Shown piece by piece: positions 14,990 through 26,841 of a stretch of 64,000 bases of DNA. The notes under the pieces are model-generated. The model had not been told where the DNA came from. It was given only the letters and a program-made list of their open reading frames with translations, and searched no databases. Positions within the stretch are counted from its first letter, which is position 1, and each line of letters begins with the position of its first letter. Position numbers and translations under genes: made by a program. The stretch is from Ministeria vibrans ATCC 50519 (taxonomy: Eukaryota; Protista; Filasterea), in NCBI GenBank assembly GCA_943704425.1, contig CALSCP010000364.1, positions 17,554-81,553 on the forward strand, given 5' to 3'.

Positions 14990-16723
14990 ATGCTGCGCTC
15001 GCTCTCCCGTGGAGCGCATGCGGCGAGCTGGACACGGGCGATTCTGACCCGGTCTGCAGCGGCCGCCACGCGACCCCTTGTGGCGGCTCGCCGAATGACC
15101 TCGGCGGCCGCAGTCGAGGAGCCGATCGAAGAGACGACCTTTAGCAGCATCGGCGTCCATCCCGACCTGGTCAAAGCTCTGGCGAAGAAGGGCCTCGAGA
15201 ACGCCTTTCCCATTCAGGCCAAGACGTTTGCCGCGGCCGCCAACGGCGACGACATCTTTGCGCAGGCTATCACCGGCAGTGGTAAGACACTTGCCTTCCT
15301 CTTGCCCGTGCTGCATCGCCACGCATCGCAAGCGGCGCCGCTCAAACGACGTCGCAAAGTCACGACGCTCGTCCTCTCGCCAACACGTGAGCTTTGCAAG
15401 CAAATTCAGTCGGTCTGCCAAGCCTACGAAGAGTGCACCAAGGCCCGATCTCTCTCTGTGTACGGTGGCGCCCCGTACAGCCAACAGTCAGGCCCGCTGC
15501 AAGCGCAGCTCGTCGACATTGTGATCGGCACGCCCGGCCGTGTCCAGGATATGATCAACCGAGGCGACTTGTCCCTCTCCAACTTGAAAACGTTGGTCCT
15601 CGACGAGGCCGACGAAATGCTCGAGCGCGGCTTCAAGCGCGAGGTCGACGATATTCTTCAAGCGTGCCCCCCCGCCGCGGACCGCCAGACGCTGCTCCTC
15701 AGCGCCACTCTGCCCTCCCACATCCGCAAACTCTGCAGCCAGTACATGAACAACGTCAAGTACATCGACCTGGTCAACGACTTGGGCAAGTCACCTAGCC
15801 GTGTCACGCACGAGGTCGCGCCCATGCGTCGCGCCTCTGTCCAGAAACTGAGCGAAAACGTTGGTCACATCATGACCAAGACGGAGAGCAAGTCAGCCAT
15901 TGTCTTCTGCAACACCAGACGCATGGTCGATCAAATTACCGACGGCTTGTGCGACAACGGCATCGACGCCGTGGCACTGCACGGTGCTCTCACGCAAGGT
16001 CGCCGTGACTCCACCATGGCCAAGTTCCGTCGTGGCTCGGCAAGCGTCTTGGTCTGCACCGACATTGCCGCGCGTGGCATCGACGTCCCCAACTGCGACA
16101 TTGTCATTCAAGCGCTCCCGCCAACCAACTATGCCTACTACTTGCACCGCAGTGGCCGCACAGGTCGTGCGGGGCGCAGCGGCCGCTCCATCACAATTGT
16201 CTACCAACGCGACCCGGAGCACAACGCCTTCTTCCGCCACATCCGCGAAAAGTGCGATGTCACCATCTCGGACGCTTTCGAAGAGCTCAAGTCGTACGAG
16301 TCCGCAGTCGACAGTGATACTGACAGCAACCAGAAATGGGGCGACGAAAATCGCCAAAACACGGGAGGTGGTGGTGGTAGCTATGGTCGTGGTGGCGATG
16401 GCGATGGCGGTTATGGTCGTGGCCGTGGTGGCGCTGGATACGGTCGAGGTGGCGGCGGTGGTGCCGGGTACGGTCGTGGTGGTGGCTATGGTGGTGGTGG
16501 TGGTCGTGGTGGTGGTGGAGGCGGTTACGGCGTCTCCAACGACTACAGCGAGCGTCGTGGCCGTGACAGCGGGAGCTTCGGTCGTCGTCGTGGTGGTGGC
16601 GCTAGCCGTTATGACGACTTTGACGAGGACGACGACTCTTCCTTTTCCCGCCATACTTCCAGGTCGCGCTCTACCCGTGACAGCCACTCCGGTCGTTTTA
16701 GTCGCAGTGACGATTTTGAGTGA
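14990..16723 (+). CDS. DEAD-box RNA helicase with likely mitochondrial presequence and C-terminal RGG tail; intronless
   Basis: Q motif FPIQ, AITGSGKT, PTREL, TPGR, LDEADEM, SAT, ARGID and HRSGRTGRAG. Arg/Ala/Ser-rich N-terminus and (YGRGG)n tail. Confidence 0.93.
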   Translation: MLRSLSRGAHAASWTRAILTRSAAAATRPLVAARRMTSAAAVEEPIEETTFSSIGVHPDLVKALAKKGLENAFPIQAKTFAAAANGDDIFAQAITGSGKTLAFLLPVLHRHASQAAPLKRRRKVTTLVLSPTRELCKQIQSVCQAYEECTKARSLSVYGGAPYSQQSGPLQAQLVDIVIGTPGRVQDMINRGDLSLSNLKTLVLDEADEMLERGFKREVDDILQACPPAADRQTLLLSATLPSHIRKLCSQYMNNVKYIDLVNDLGKSPSRVTHEVAPMRRASVQKLSENVGHIMTKTESKSAIVFCNTRRMVDQITDGLCDNGIDAVALHGALTQGRRDSTMAKFRRGSASVLVCTDIAARGIDVPNCDIVIQALPPTNYAYYLHRSGRTGRAGRSGRSITIVYQRDPEHNAFFRHIREKCDVTISDAFEELKSYESAVDSDTDSNQKWGDENRQNTGGGGGSYGRGGDGDGGYGRGRGGAGYGRGGGGGAGYGRGGGYGGGGGRGGGGGGYGVSNDYSERRGRDSGSFGRRRGGGASRYDDFDEDDDSSFSRHTSRSRSTRDSHSGRFSRSDDFE

Positions 16724-16980
16724 TGTGTTCTGTGCGAGGGTGTGAATTTTGTGCCTTTTTGTCTGTGACTCTCTTCTCTTCGTCACTGTATGTTGGTGTT
16801 TTCAGGTATTTTTTATGTGTGTGTGTGTCTGTTTCTCTTTGTGTCTGTGTTTGTGTGTGTGTGTGTGTGAAGGAGTAATAATTAAACGTAACCCAGAAGG
16901 AAAGTTGAGAAATCAAAGGCAGGAACAATTAAACAAAGTGAACGTTTTGTACATACAATGATGATAAAAATCCACGAAAT

Positions 16981-19506
16981 CTACCAATCTTCGGAGCGGT
17001 CGACGGGCTGCTTGGCGTGATTGAAGACCAGTTGGAGCTCGGGAGGGTCGAAGCGGCCATGTTCTGCGTCCGTATTGTACTTTGCGAGGAGCTCAGCAAA
17101 CTCAACGCGCGACAGCATGAGATGCTGGGCGGAACTGGCCGAGACGTGCAAGTGAAAGGGCGAAGTGGTCGTGGAGGTCGTGGTGGTTGAGGTGGCGGTG
17201 CGTGTAGATACAGAAGCAATGGCACTGTTTTCGTTGCTTGTGGTATCGGGAGGGGACGCGTCGGCAAAAAGATTGAGGCTGTTTGTGGAGACAAACGCAC
17301 GACGAGAGCGCGCGCTCAAGGTTGGCAAAGCATTCGCATCGCTCGCATTGCTGCTGGTGCCCTCGGCCAATATGCGCTGTTTCGCCGAGGGCGACACGAG
17401 CGAGGGGGTCGACGATGAAGCCTGACGTGTCAGTGTCAGACACTCTTCTTTGCTCGACAGAATCTGCGGTTCGGACTGTCGACGCGACGAGGACGACGAC
17501 GAGGCACGAGACAGATCGCGCGGCGTTAAACCCGCTTCGGAAAGTCGGTCGAGTTCTTCATTGCTGGTCACACTGAGAATACCCGGTACCAGTAAGGAAT
17601 CCGATGCGGTGTGCGCAAGCAACGGCATCAACTTAATGGGTGGCGATGTACGGGTAGGGGCTGTCGCCAATGTAGTGTTGGAGCCACGGGCGCCGGCTGT
17701 GCGAGGAGAGCGATCGGGAGAGTGAGGCTGCAACAGCCGATCGCTATGACTGGCGTGAATGGGAGACGAGACGGGGGGCAGACTGGACGATGAGGTGCTG
17801 GTACTCGAGTAGGTGTCGGAGGAGTCACAACGTCGACGATCCTCGCGGTATTCAGCGCCGCTGTCATCACTGTGTCCTTCGTCTTCGTCATGGGTCAGAG
17901 ACGCAAGCGATGCCGAGAGAAGCGACGCGGACGAGCCTAACGGATGAATCACAAGGGATGCGGCCATGCCACTGCCACCACCAATGTTGCCGTCGCCCAT
18001 ATCGTCGTAAGTGTCGCTGTCACCGCCACACGCGTCCTCGTCACGATCGTACGCATAGCGATCTTCGTTTAAATAGCCACGAAAGGCGCGAGACAAACCG
18101 TCGGGTCCGAATGAGGAGGTGTTGCCTGCCGCTGCAATCGCCTCTGTCGCCGATGTGGCGGCAAGTTGGGTGTCGGAAGCCGAGTCGAGATTAGAAGAGG
18201 ACAAGGATGCAGGCGCATGTGCGGCGATGTCGGAGACACGTGGCGTAACGGTCAACGAACTGGTCAGACTCCTGAGCGTGCTAGTGCTGACATTGCTTGG
18301 TCCATCGATAGAAAGAGACGACGTCCCTCGCAATGCGATTGAGTCCGATGCTGCTGCAGCAGCAGGTGAATGGTCACCGATGTCGTTGGCATCGTCGCTG
18401 TCGTTGTTGAAGTCCTTGACGTCGTTGGATGTGTTGTTGTTGTTGTTGTTGATGCTGGAAACTACAGTGACGGCAGCCACGGCGTCCGAGGTGGTCGCTG
18501 CACTACCGCTGGTGTCACAACGGACACGCGTCGGACTCGAATCGCAGCACGACACGTCACCGCGCACCTTGACGACGTAGTAGCCGGGTGCGTTTCGATC
18601 GATCTCCATGTCAGCGTACATGGCGACTTCCGTCTCGAATCGACATCGTTTGGCCAGACCGGCGTCGATTTGAGTCACAATGCGTTGCTTGTGCTCGAAC
18701 AGCATGGAGCGACGGCCGCGCGACTGACTGCCAAGGGGGCGACCACGCTGCGTGTCGGTCTCGACGTCCGTGATGGGCACACTGGCACAGAGAATGCGAT
18801 AGACCAAGAGCTGGTGAAAGGTGGCGCGCACTACGTAATCGTAGTGGGCAAAGAGACGAAAGAAGATGGGCCCAAGGAGCACGTGGGTGACGAGCTCGTG
18901 GCGGTAGAGACCCTCGATGGAGGCAAAGTTACGGTAGAGTAGCACGAGGGTGTTGCCAACGGTCTCGCACAGGTCTGACTCGAGAAGCATTTGAATGCAA
19001 CGAAAGAAGAGTGCATAGTCGAAGGTAGTGGGCACACTGACGCCCGCCTGCACGAGCGCCCCAAAGAAGCAGTCACAACAGCGAAGGGCTCCCGCCACCT
19101 GACTCGGGTGGTTGAGCGAGGTACGGCGCAACACGGTGGACATGATGGGCGAGAGTAGGTTGACATTGTGAAGGAGGGCGGTCGCCGCCTGCAACAACGA
19201 CGGAGGGTACTCGCTGACGCGAAGTGCACGCAAATTGAAGAAGAAGTGTTGTACGAGAACGCCATAGCCGGGGATCACGGCCCAGTCGGAGGCTTCCTTG
19301 GTCAAACAGTATTGCACAATCTTCTCGATAAACACCATGAAGAGCACACTACCCTTGCGTCGCAGCCGTTCATACCACTCATCTCCAAACTCAAATATCA
19401 ACTCATCCTGAGCAGCCAATTTCGCTTCGTCTGCCTACAAAGGAAAAAAGAATACAAAATAGTATTATTATTGTTTTATTTTTCTATTATTATTGTTTTA
19501 TTTTTC

Positions 19507-19579
<73 letters not shown>

Positions 19580-22320
19580 TACCTCCATCATTAGATGAAT
19601 GTTGGCGTGCGACCAGTCCAGTTGAGGGGGCACACCAGTGGCCTGAAAGGCAACCGATCCATATTGTTCGGCGGTCTGTTGCGACATGACAGGCATAAGT
19701 TGACTCAGCAGAGTCGGGCCAAAGTCGGGTAGAATGAAGTAACAGGCGGCCAGTACAGCACCCGAGAACTCCAATAGTGCCTCATACATGTTCTTTTCGT
19801 TCGTGACCTTGCCCAGAATGTACGCGAGTGTGCGCAGTACGAGCGCACGCAACGATACAAGCACATTGGTTTGCTCGTCGGCACGCTCGCTCAATGTTCG
19901 ACCTGCCCGCGACATGTCCAGCTCGCCTCGTCGCAAAATGGTTGTAATAATTGCAAAATATCTAAAATGATTGTATTAAAAAGAGAGAGCATAATTATAA
20001 GAATTAAACCAAAACCAAACCAAGTTGTGACATACCGAACACGATCCTGGTAGATGGTACTGTCTGCATACTCAAGCATGAACGACCAAATATCAAGCAT
20101 TTGGCGAGCGCCGATACGCACTGCAGCGTCATTTTCATAATCAAACATGGCGACTTGAGTGGTAGAGGAGCGTGAGGAGCGCAAGAGTGAGAGCATCTTG
20201 AGGAGCGCATCGTTGGCCGAGTGCACTTGCCAACGGTGTGCTTTGACGTCGCGCACAATGACTTTGTACAGGTCGTGAAGTTCCTTGACTTCGTCTGGAA
20301 TGTGGATGTGTGATTTGCTGAGTAGAAAAAAAAAGATTTAAAAAGAAAGTAAGTGGGTTTATTATTCTTATTCCTTTTTCTTCAGGGGGCTTTTTTTTTT
20401 TACCTGAGACGCGAGAAAGCGGACGAGACGGAGGTGGAGACGCGATGGCGGAGGGTTGAGCTCTTGACGGCGCGAGGAGGTGCGGTAGTGCTGGTGCCCG
20501 TTGCGTCTGTCACAACGCCCACAAGCGCTTGTTTGTACTACAGGGAGAACGGAAGAAGAGGAGAGAAGGAGAGAATCGAGAGAGGGTACAAGTGAGTGTA
20601 AGTGCGAGGTGATTTGGAACACGATATTATACTTTGGGGACGTTCAGGACACGTAAATGGCCTTCGATGGTGCCGTAGCTGCGTCCGTTTCGCATCAAAT
20701 GCTCCTAAAGAAAAAAATGGGTGTTAGTCAAGGCAGATATAAAGAAGAAGAGCAAATTGTTGGTACCTTGAAGGCAATGGGGTCTTCGGTGACGGCATAC
20801 TTGCCAAAGGAGATGAAACATTCGCCAACAAGGGTCTCATCGAGACGAGCCACGCCGCCAAACTGTAGCAAAGGACATTTGAAGGGAAAAAAGGGAGAAA
20901 AAAACAGAAATAAAGAGAAAGATAGAGCGGAGGGAGAGAGAGAAAGAGAGACAAAATAAAAGAAAGTAAAAAAGAGAGAAAGCGAAATAACGTGATAGAG
21001 AAAATCAAAGTGATAGAGAAAAAACAAAGTGTGAGATGAGAGTCCATATGACGCAAGTAACAACAAGAAATCTCACCTGAAAGAGTGCAATGCGAATGGA
21101 GGAAGGACGGATCTCACGGAGGGTACCCTCGATGCCGACACCTTCCAGTGAATCGGCGGCCCAAGCGGGCGAGCGGACGCTCTCGACGGGAGGAGAGCGG
21201 GTGGATGAAGCATTGCCAACGCCCACGGGAATGTAGGCGTACTCAAGGATGTAGTGGCGAGCTGTGAACTGTGTCACTTCGCACTCAATGCCGTCCAGCA
21301 TGATCATCATGTCTGAGATCTGAAACATAAAATATGTTATTAAAAAGGAAGTTTTTTTTTGGAGTGCGTGTGCGGTAGAACACGAACCTGCTCGAAGCGG
21401 ACTTGAAGCTCAATGTGCATGGGTGTGGGTGCTTTGCGGATGGGGTCAAAGAGACGGATGTTGTAGTGAACAGAGTTGGACAGAACGGCCATGAGATTCG
21501 TTTCGTACACTAGAAGAAAAAATAAGAGGAGGGAAAGCGAGGGAGGGAAGAAGAAACAAGGAGAACAGCGCCAAGAGCAATCTGAGAGAAAAGTTTGATA
21601 TGTACCTCCAACGAGTTCCATTTCAGAATCGAGTTGCTCGGGCCGGCCACGAAAGGCCTTGATGGAGAAAGTGCGCTTGGCAAGGGTATCCAGGGGCGCA
21701 GCGTAGTGAGAGGAGCGCTCCAGCTGAAACTGAAACTCGGAGCATTTGTAAGCGCTTTCGCTCTTAAAGGTGACTAAACGAAACAAACATTATTAATAAT
21801 AATACTGATATAATTATTATATTATTATTATTAATGTGAAAATATTAATGAATGGTGGTGTTTAGAATTCACCTGTGTCCCAAGTGAACTGAAGGAATAA
21901 GCGTGTGTTTGAGTTGGAAAAGCCATAGCCACGAATGCTGTTGATGAGAAGAGCAAAGCGGTCGATGGAAGGGAAGCCATCGACAAGCGAGTTGCGTTGC
22001 AGCTTAGAGACACGGTGTTGGACGCCTGCTTCAGTCATTTCAAGAAAGCTGAGACGGTCTGCAGATCGTCGTGGGGCTGAAACAACAACAAAAAAATGTG
22101 AGAGTGTAGAAAAAAGAGGGAGACAGACAAGAGAGAATTTACCTTTGACAGCCTGCTTTTCTGCCTTGGAGCCCGCACATCCGTCATCTGTGACAATACT
22201 ACATCGTGAATGGACACGGTGAGAGCATTCTACAAAGAGGAACAAAGTTATTTCAGTGTCATTTTGTCTCCCTCCTCGCTGTATCACTTTGTTGCTTTTG
22301 TTTCTTTCTCCCTCCTCTCC

Positions 22321-22354
<34 letters not shown>

Positions 22355-23218
22355 CTCTTGCACTCTTCTCTCCCATGTAGCTCCTATCACACACGCACAC
22401 ACGCATCTACGCAAGTCGCGCTTTGGTGCATAGCTTACCACAGCACTTGAGACTCTTGCCCCAGATAAGCTGAGCACACGCATCGCATTGTTTCGGTGTT
22501 TTGACCACTTGCGTCTTGAAGCGATGAGGCTTCTTGACATCGTCTTCTTCCTGGCGCACACGAGAGGTAGACGGCGATAGAGGCACGTCGACTAAAAAGA
22601 GCATTGCAACGAGAGAGTCGAGAGTCAGGAAAGTTGCGACCAAGCCAAGAAGGGATCAGCGAGCGTACCGGGATTGGCGACGGTGAAGAGGATTTCAAGA
22701 CGGATGCGGCCCTGAGGCTCAAGCATGATCCACAGGTCGTTGACGCCGCGCTCGTTGAGGCTCTCCAGGCGCAGCAGGCCCGAACCCACCTTGGTGCCGT
22801 CGACGTCCAAGTCATCGACTACGTTGAACACACTCACCCCGAGTTCCTCCACCTACAACCACACGCCCCGTGTGAGTGTCTGCCCTTGACATTGGTACTG
22901 ATTGTAGAGTGCAGTTCACACAGTGAAGCGCATTTGGTTCTTTTTCCCTTTCCGGTTTTTTTTTCTTTCTTTTTTGCTTTAGTCCAATAAGGAACAGAAA
23001 TGTACCTTAGCCATTGGAAATGATAGCCTTTCGTTCCACTTGACACATAGACTCCCACTTGCAGTGCACGTGGAGGCCCTTGTGCCCCCGAAACTGACGG
23101 TACAGAAGAACTCGGCGGGTTTGGGGTCCACAGAGTTTTGCTCTCGCACCATGAACAGATCCTGTGCCTCTATGACACGGATCTTCACCGTACGAAGGTC
23201 CCACGAGACCTTCGCCAT
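16981..23218 (-). CDS. Large multi-exon protein: N-terminal C2-like domain, C1 zinc finger and C-terminal DUF1765 (UPF0592/Ahk1-like) region with a low-complexity insert
   Basis: VKIRVIEAQDL...VKWNERLSF (C2). HRF..CDACAQLIWGKSLKCCEC.HRVHSRC..C (C1, spliced). FDYALFFRCIQMLL...FAHYDYVVRATFHQLLVYRI (DUF1765-like). Joining all exons into one gene is inferred. Confidence 0.6.
19507..19580. repeat. (TTA)n microsatellite, intronic
   Basis: Seen directly in the sequence. Confidence 0.95.
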
Positions 23219-23380
23219 TGACGGAGCCGCAAGAGGGTTAAGAAAAGAAATACTTTAGGTCTTTCGTCATTAGCGTGTCATTATCGTAATTTTCGACTCA
23301 AATAATAATCAATTTACTATTTAGCACACAATTTCTTTTGTTGGTTTTGCCTTTTGTTTCTGGAATAAAGCGCTTTTCGA

Positions 23381-24145
23381 ATGGCTGACGAAGACTCAAA
23401 GGTTGGAGCCTTCTGGTTGTTTCACGTGCTGCACTCTTTTATATTTTTCAGGGTCGCACTTTCGCGCCAAGAGTGAAAATGGTCGTGAAACACGTCGAGC
23501 AGGACTAACGGAGGGTGTTTCTTGCGTGTAGGAGGGAGTGAAGAAGGAGGGAGCTAGCGAACACATCAATGTCAAGGTGGTGACAGCGGTACGTGGCGTC
23601 AGAGCGGCTGAGTTGGTGTGTTTCGCGAACCCTTTCTCGCGTCGTCTTCCTCTCGTTTTGCCTCCTCCTCCCACAACGCGGGGGCCGCTGCGGTTTGTGT
23701 GGTTAAAACGAAGGGAAGGGGGCTGGGGTGTTTAACAGTTGCGGCGGGCAAGCTGGACATGAAACTATATAATATTATCACGATTGTGCTCATCGTCTAC
23801 TATACTGTGTCACAGTGTATGTGTATGTGTGTTGAAACTTTTTTTTTATTATTTGGTCCAGGACAAACTTGAGGTGCAATTCCGCATTAAGATGTCGACG
23901 CCGTTGAAGCGGTTGAAGGAGGCGTTTTGCAAGCGAAATGGCATTGAGCCTAATAGCGTGCGTCTGATTACGGGCGAAGGAACTCGCATTGATGATGGTA
24001 ATTGGTTTGCCTTGCTTCCTTGTGTCTCTGAACCTTTTCTTATGATGGTTTAGATGATACGGCGACGACCTTGAATTTGGAAGAAGGAGATGTGATTGAT
24101 GCCACTATCCAACAAACTGGGGGTGGGAATGAAAGAGAGGTGTAA
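23381..24145 (+). CDS. SUMO: Small ubiquitin-like modifier (SUMO), four exons
   Basis: MADEDSK / EHINVKVV / EVQFRIKMSTPLKRLKEAFC / LEEGDVIDATIQQTGG-GNEREV* with the diglycine maturation site. Confidence 0.92.
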
Positions 24146-24479
24146 GCCGCTGTAAGAAGATGAGATAACTTGAGATAGAGAATGGTAGACTGTGTGAGGA
24201 GTGGCGCCAGTGAGTGACGCATTAATAGGGTCAGAGGGACAGACAAAATGTGTGAATAAGAAAAATAAATTGCCGATATTGCCGAGGGGGTTTGTAGGCC
24301 AGATAGCCGATCGGCATCCATATTTGCAGCTTGAGCCATACTAATAAGTACTGTCACTCTGCATACATTTTTGGAATTTTAATTCTACTCGTGTCTCAAT
24401 TCTCAATCATATAACATTACTAGTTCAATTAATTTATTCAATTCATTTTTTTTTCTTTTGCTCTCTGCGACTTCTTCTC

Positions 24480-24856
24480 ATGATCCGCTCTTTTTTAAGT
24501 CGCCCACAGGCGACAGTGGTGGCGCGAAACGCGTCGCGATCGCTGTGGGCGTGTGCGCGCACGTATTCGACGACCACGAACGATGCAAACGACGAGAATG
24601 ACGCCAGCGACGAACAGGCAGACGAACAGAAGACCAAGATGAAGGCGGCGTTTGCCGCTGCGTCTGACGGCACCCGCCCCGTCTACCTTGACCAGCAGTC
24701 GACTACGCCACTGGTACGATGCCCTTGAAGCGTCTTGAAGAGCAGAAAAAACAGACTTTTTTTTTTTCACGTTTCACATATTCTGTGGAGTGCACAAATT
24801 TTATAATGAGTCATCCTTGTGGCGTACTTGGTGTCAGAATGCACACACACACACAC

Positions 24857-24887
<31 letters not shown>

Positions 24888-26368
24888 TACATACATACAC
24901 AACCTGTGGCTGGCTACACACGAGAAATGACATTGACCTTTTGCTGATGTTCTTGCGTTGTGTGTGTGTGTTTAGGATCCACGCGTCCTCGACAAAATGA
25001 TGCCGTACTTTACGGAGAAATTTGGCAACCCACACTCGCGCACGCATCCGTACGGCTGGGAGGCCGAAGCGGGCATGGAAGAGGCGCGCGCAGAGATTGC
25101 CAAGCTGATCGGAGCGGACGCCAAAGAGGTGGTGTTCACCTCGGGTGCGACGGAGAGCAACAACATTGCGGTGAAGGGTATCATGCGATTCCACCGATCC
25201 AACGGCAAGAAGCATGTGATCACCCTTCAGACGGAACACAAGTGCGTGCTCGACTCGTGCAGAGCGTTAGAGAACGAAGGCTTCGACGTGACGTACCTAC
25301 CGGTCGAGCCCAATGGGATTGTGTCGATGGCGACTCTCGAGGCGGCCATACGCCCCGACACCGGCCTCATCTCGGTCATGTCGGTGAACAACGAGATTGG
25401 CGTCATTCAACCCATTACCGAAATTGGCGCGCTCTGTCGTTCGCGCAAAATCTTTTTCCACACAGACGCAGCGCAGGCAGTCGGCAAGATCCCACTCGAC
25501 GTCAACGCCATGAAAATCGACCTTATGTAAGAATAATAATAATAATAATTATTATTATTAATTTATAATAATATTAATAATGATTATTGTTATTGTTGTG
25601 TTTGAAGGAGCATCTCGGGTCACAAGTTGTACGGCCCCAAGGGTATTGGTGCGCTTTACGTGCGACGCAAGCCGCGCGTGCGTCTGGAGCCACTCTTCTC
25701 GGGCGGTGGCCAGGAGCGCAACGTGCGCAGTGGCACAGTGCCCACTCCTTTGGCCGTCGGCCTTGGCGAGGCCTGTCGCATTGCCGGCTTGGACATGAAG
25801 GTATTCTTCCCAATTATGAAAGAAACAAGAAAAATTAATATTCTACTAATAATAATATTATTATTATTATTTTAGAGTGATACTGAGCGCATTACACGTC
25901 TGGCCAAGCGGCTTTACGATGGGATCTGCGCCAAGTGTGACATGGTGATTCTCAACGGAGACCCGGAGAAGCGCTACCCCGGCTGCCTCAACCTGTCGTT
26001 TGCGTACATTGAGGGCGAAGCAATGCTCATGGCGCTCAAGGGCGTCGCCCTGTCGTCTGGCTCTGCCTGCACCTCCGCCTCCCTCGAGCCCTCTTATGTT
26101 CTTCGTGCCGTTGGGGCCGATGAGGATCTTGCTCACTCGTCCATCCGCTTTGGCATTGGCCGCTTCACCACCGAAGAGGAAATTGACTTTACCATCGACC
26201 TGTGTGTCTCTAAAATCGAAAAGTATCAACGACAATATTGTATATTTTGTTTGTGTTTTCTTCTGTTAATTCTTTTTTTTTTTCTGTAGACTCCGTGATA
26301 TGTCGCCTCTGTGGGATATGGTCAAGGAGGGTATTGACCTCAAGACGATCAATTGGTCTCAGCATTGA
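24480..26368 (+). CDS. NFS1: Mitochondrial cysteine desulfurase
   Basis: [50 protein letters not shown] and [19 protein letters not shown], ending INWSQH*. Confidence 0.96.
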
Positions 26369-26841
26369 ATGTATTAGAAAAATTAAACAGACACCTTTCC
26401 AAACAGTTTCTTACGGTTGAATCGGAAATTATATTATTATAATAATTAAAATAATAATAAAGAAAATAAATAGAGAGTCGAGAGCTGTATTCAATGTCAA
26501 AAAACTATAATTTATTATACTACTGTCTAAGCAAATTGAAATCAATGGAATTGGCATTGCTCTGTCTCTGTTCGTATGCGGTGCCTGTGATGGAAGTCAC
26601 CCCGTGAGGTTGGCATGAAATTGCCGACGTAGTCAGTCATTGACAGTGTAGGAACGGCGAGATCAGTCTGATGTGACGGATGACTCTTTCATTTTTAAGG
26701 GTCGGAGAAAAAAGAGAAAACCCTCAAAATAAGGGATAATCAACTTGACTCAAACAGACTGACTCACTGACTGTCCGGCCACTATTTTATTTGGCTGTTG
26801 TGCTGCCAAATTTGAACATTAGCATTAGGTAGTGGTGCGCG

